Assembly (NCBI GenBank): GCA_002269645.1 | Contig: NIVC01000168.1 | Span: 599,297-663,296, forward strand | Origin: Macrostomum lignano | Taxonomy: Eukaryota | Direction: 5' to 3' | DNA: 64,000 nucleotides | Shown here: one piece after another, positions 62,958-64,000 of the stretch | Numbering within the stretch: position 1 is the first letter of the stretch | Layout of the letters: every line of letters starts with the position of its first letter | The notes under the pieces: model-generated | Database searches by the model: none | What the model saw: only the letters and a program-made list of their open reading frames with translations | Told to the model about the DNA's origin: nothing | Made by a program: the position numbers and the translations under genes

Positions 62958-64000
62958 TGCCCCCAGCCCAGTGTTCAAGCCAAAGATCATCTGTATGCCT
63001 CTGTGCCAGTAAACTAGCTGGTATTTTCCATGATCAGCTATGATCTGCTCTCTTAGGTAGTTCAGCTTTAGGTAGCAAGCCGCCAGCAGAGCCTGTCTGA
63101 AGCATCTGCTAGGGGATGCGAGGAAGGTCAGGCACTGTGTGGGCGGGTTTATGCCTTTGTCCCAAGCTGGCAAACTGCCTGCAGTCTGGGCCCAACTTTG
63201 CCGCATAAGGATTTATGATGCAGCTGGCCTTAGTCCCTGTATATGCGTTCGCAGGCCCCCCCGCACACGCTCATCCAGTGTTTGCGCGCGCGTGTGTCAT
63301 CATTGCGGAAACTTCGGAAAGTCCTGGCCTATCTTCTTTTAGAAGCAGTACAATTGCAGTGAACCAGCAGAATTGTTTGCTTCAGCTTCTCGGGGAGGCA
63401 GCAGAAGCAGCAGCACTTCAAATATAGGGAATAATCGGCGGCGTCACATTCTGCCACCTTTCAGCCTCTCGGTCTGTCTGACCTTCTGTCTGAGGCTGAA
63501 GCAGCTGCCAACTTTCGGCAGCAAATATTTTAGGGAGGCCTCTCCGTTGATTACTTTAATTCAAATTCCTTTGGCTCTCTCTGCTTTTAGAAACAAAATA
63601 ATATGTTAGAAGCCAGGAATTTCGCATTATTTTATAGTTTTAATGGTTCAAATATGAGAAAAAAATTCCAATTGAAATTAGGTTAGGATAGGATGGAATA
63701 GAACAGCAGACTCTGTTCCTTCAGAGAAAAAGCATTTGTGCTGTTCTTTGTACTTTTTGTAGCTTTTCAGGCAAAGACGCTGTTAAAACTGAACTTGAAT
63801 TCGGGTGTTCGAGCTGAATGAAAAGTATGGTCTATTACAATATAGTGTTGGTTAGTTCAAAAGTGTAACCTGCACTTCTTACAGAGACGCTTTTTTCAAA
63901 TTCTTTCCTGTCTGGTCCGAAGTATTACTTCTGATTTCTATTTGAAGTGCCCGTTGCGCAGATGCTTGCAGTTTTTACTTTCATTGGATCCTTCTTAGTT

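Overview
Eukaryotic (animal) genomic DNA. GC-rich exons, dense intronic minisatellites and many nested transposons suggest a free-living flatworm such as Macrostomum; this is inference only. I reconstructed six spliced genes by hand from GT-AG junctions with consistent phases. On the minus strand: a single-domain ACE (M2 peptidase), an FMRFamide/peptide-receptor-like class A GPCR, an hnRNP L-like 4-RRM protein, a SWEET sugar transporter (first coding exon not found) and a divergent peropsin/RGR-like opsin. On the plus strand: a survivin-like BIR protein. Mobile DNA includes three CORE-type tRNA-derived SINEs, RTE-clade LINE fragments, a decayed PHD-FLYWCH-MULE transposase, two TIR elements readable with 6-bp TSDs, a CACTA/EnSpm-like element, a mariner-type element and a hAT>Gypsy>RTE nest. 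About 20 tandem-repeat arrays account for most long ORFs in the supplied track. Most notable: an opsin keeping the retinal Lys but lacking canonical counterions, a survivin whose Zn-ligand His is Met, a probably GPI-anchored ACE, a small TIR element with ACTACT termini and 6-bp TSD, and strong enrichment of the TAGGCCTA palindrome in AT-rich transposon interiors. I found no CRISPR, rRNA or true tRNA genes. All coordinates and counts are manual and may be off by a few bases.
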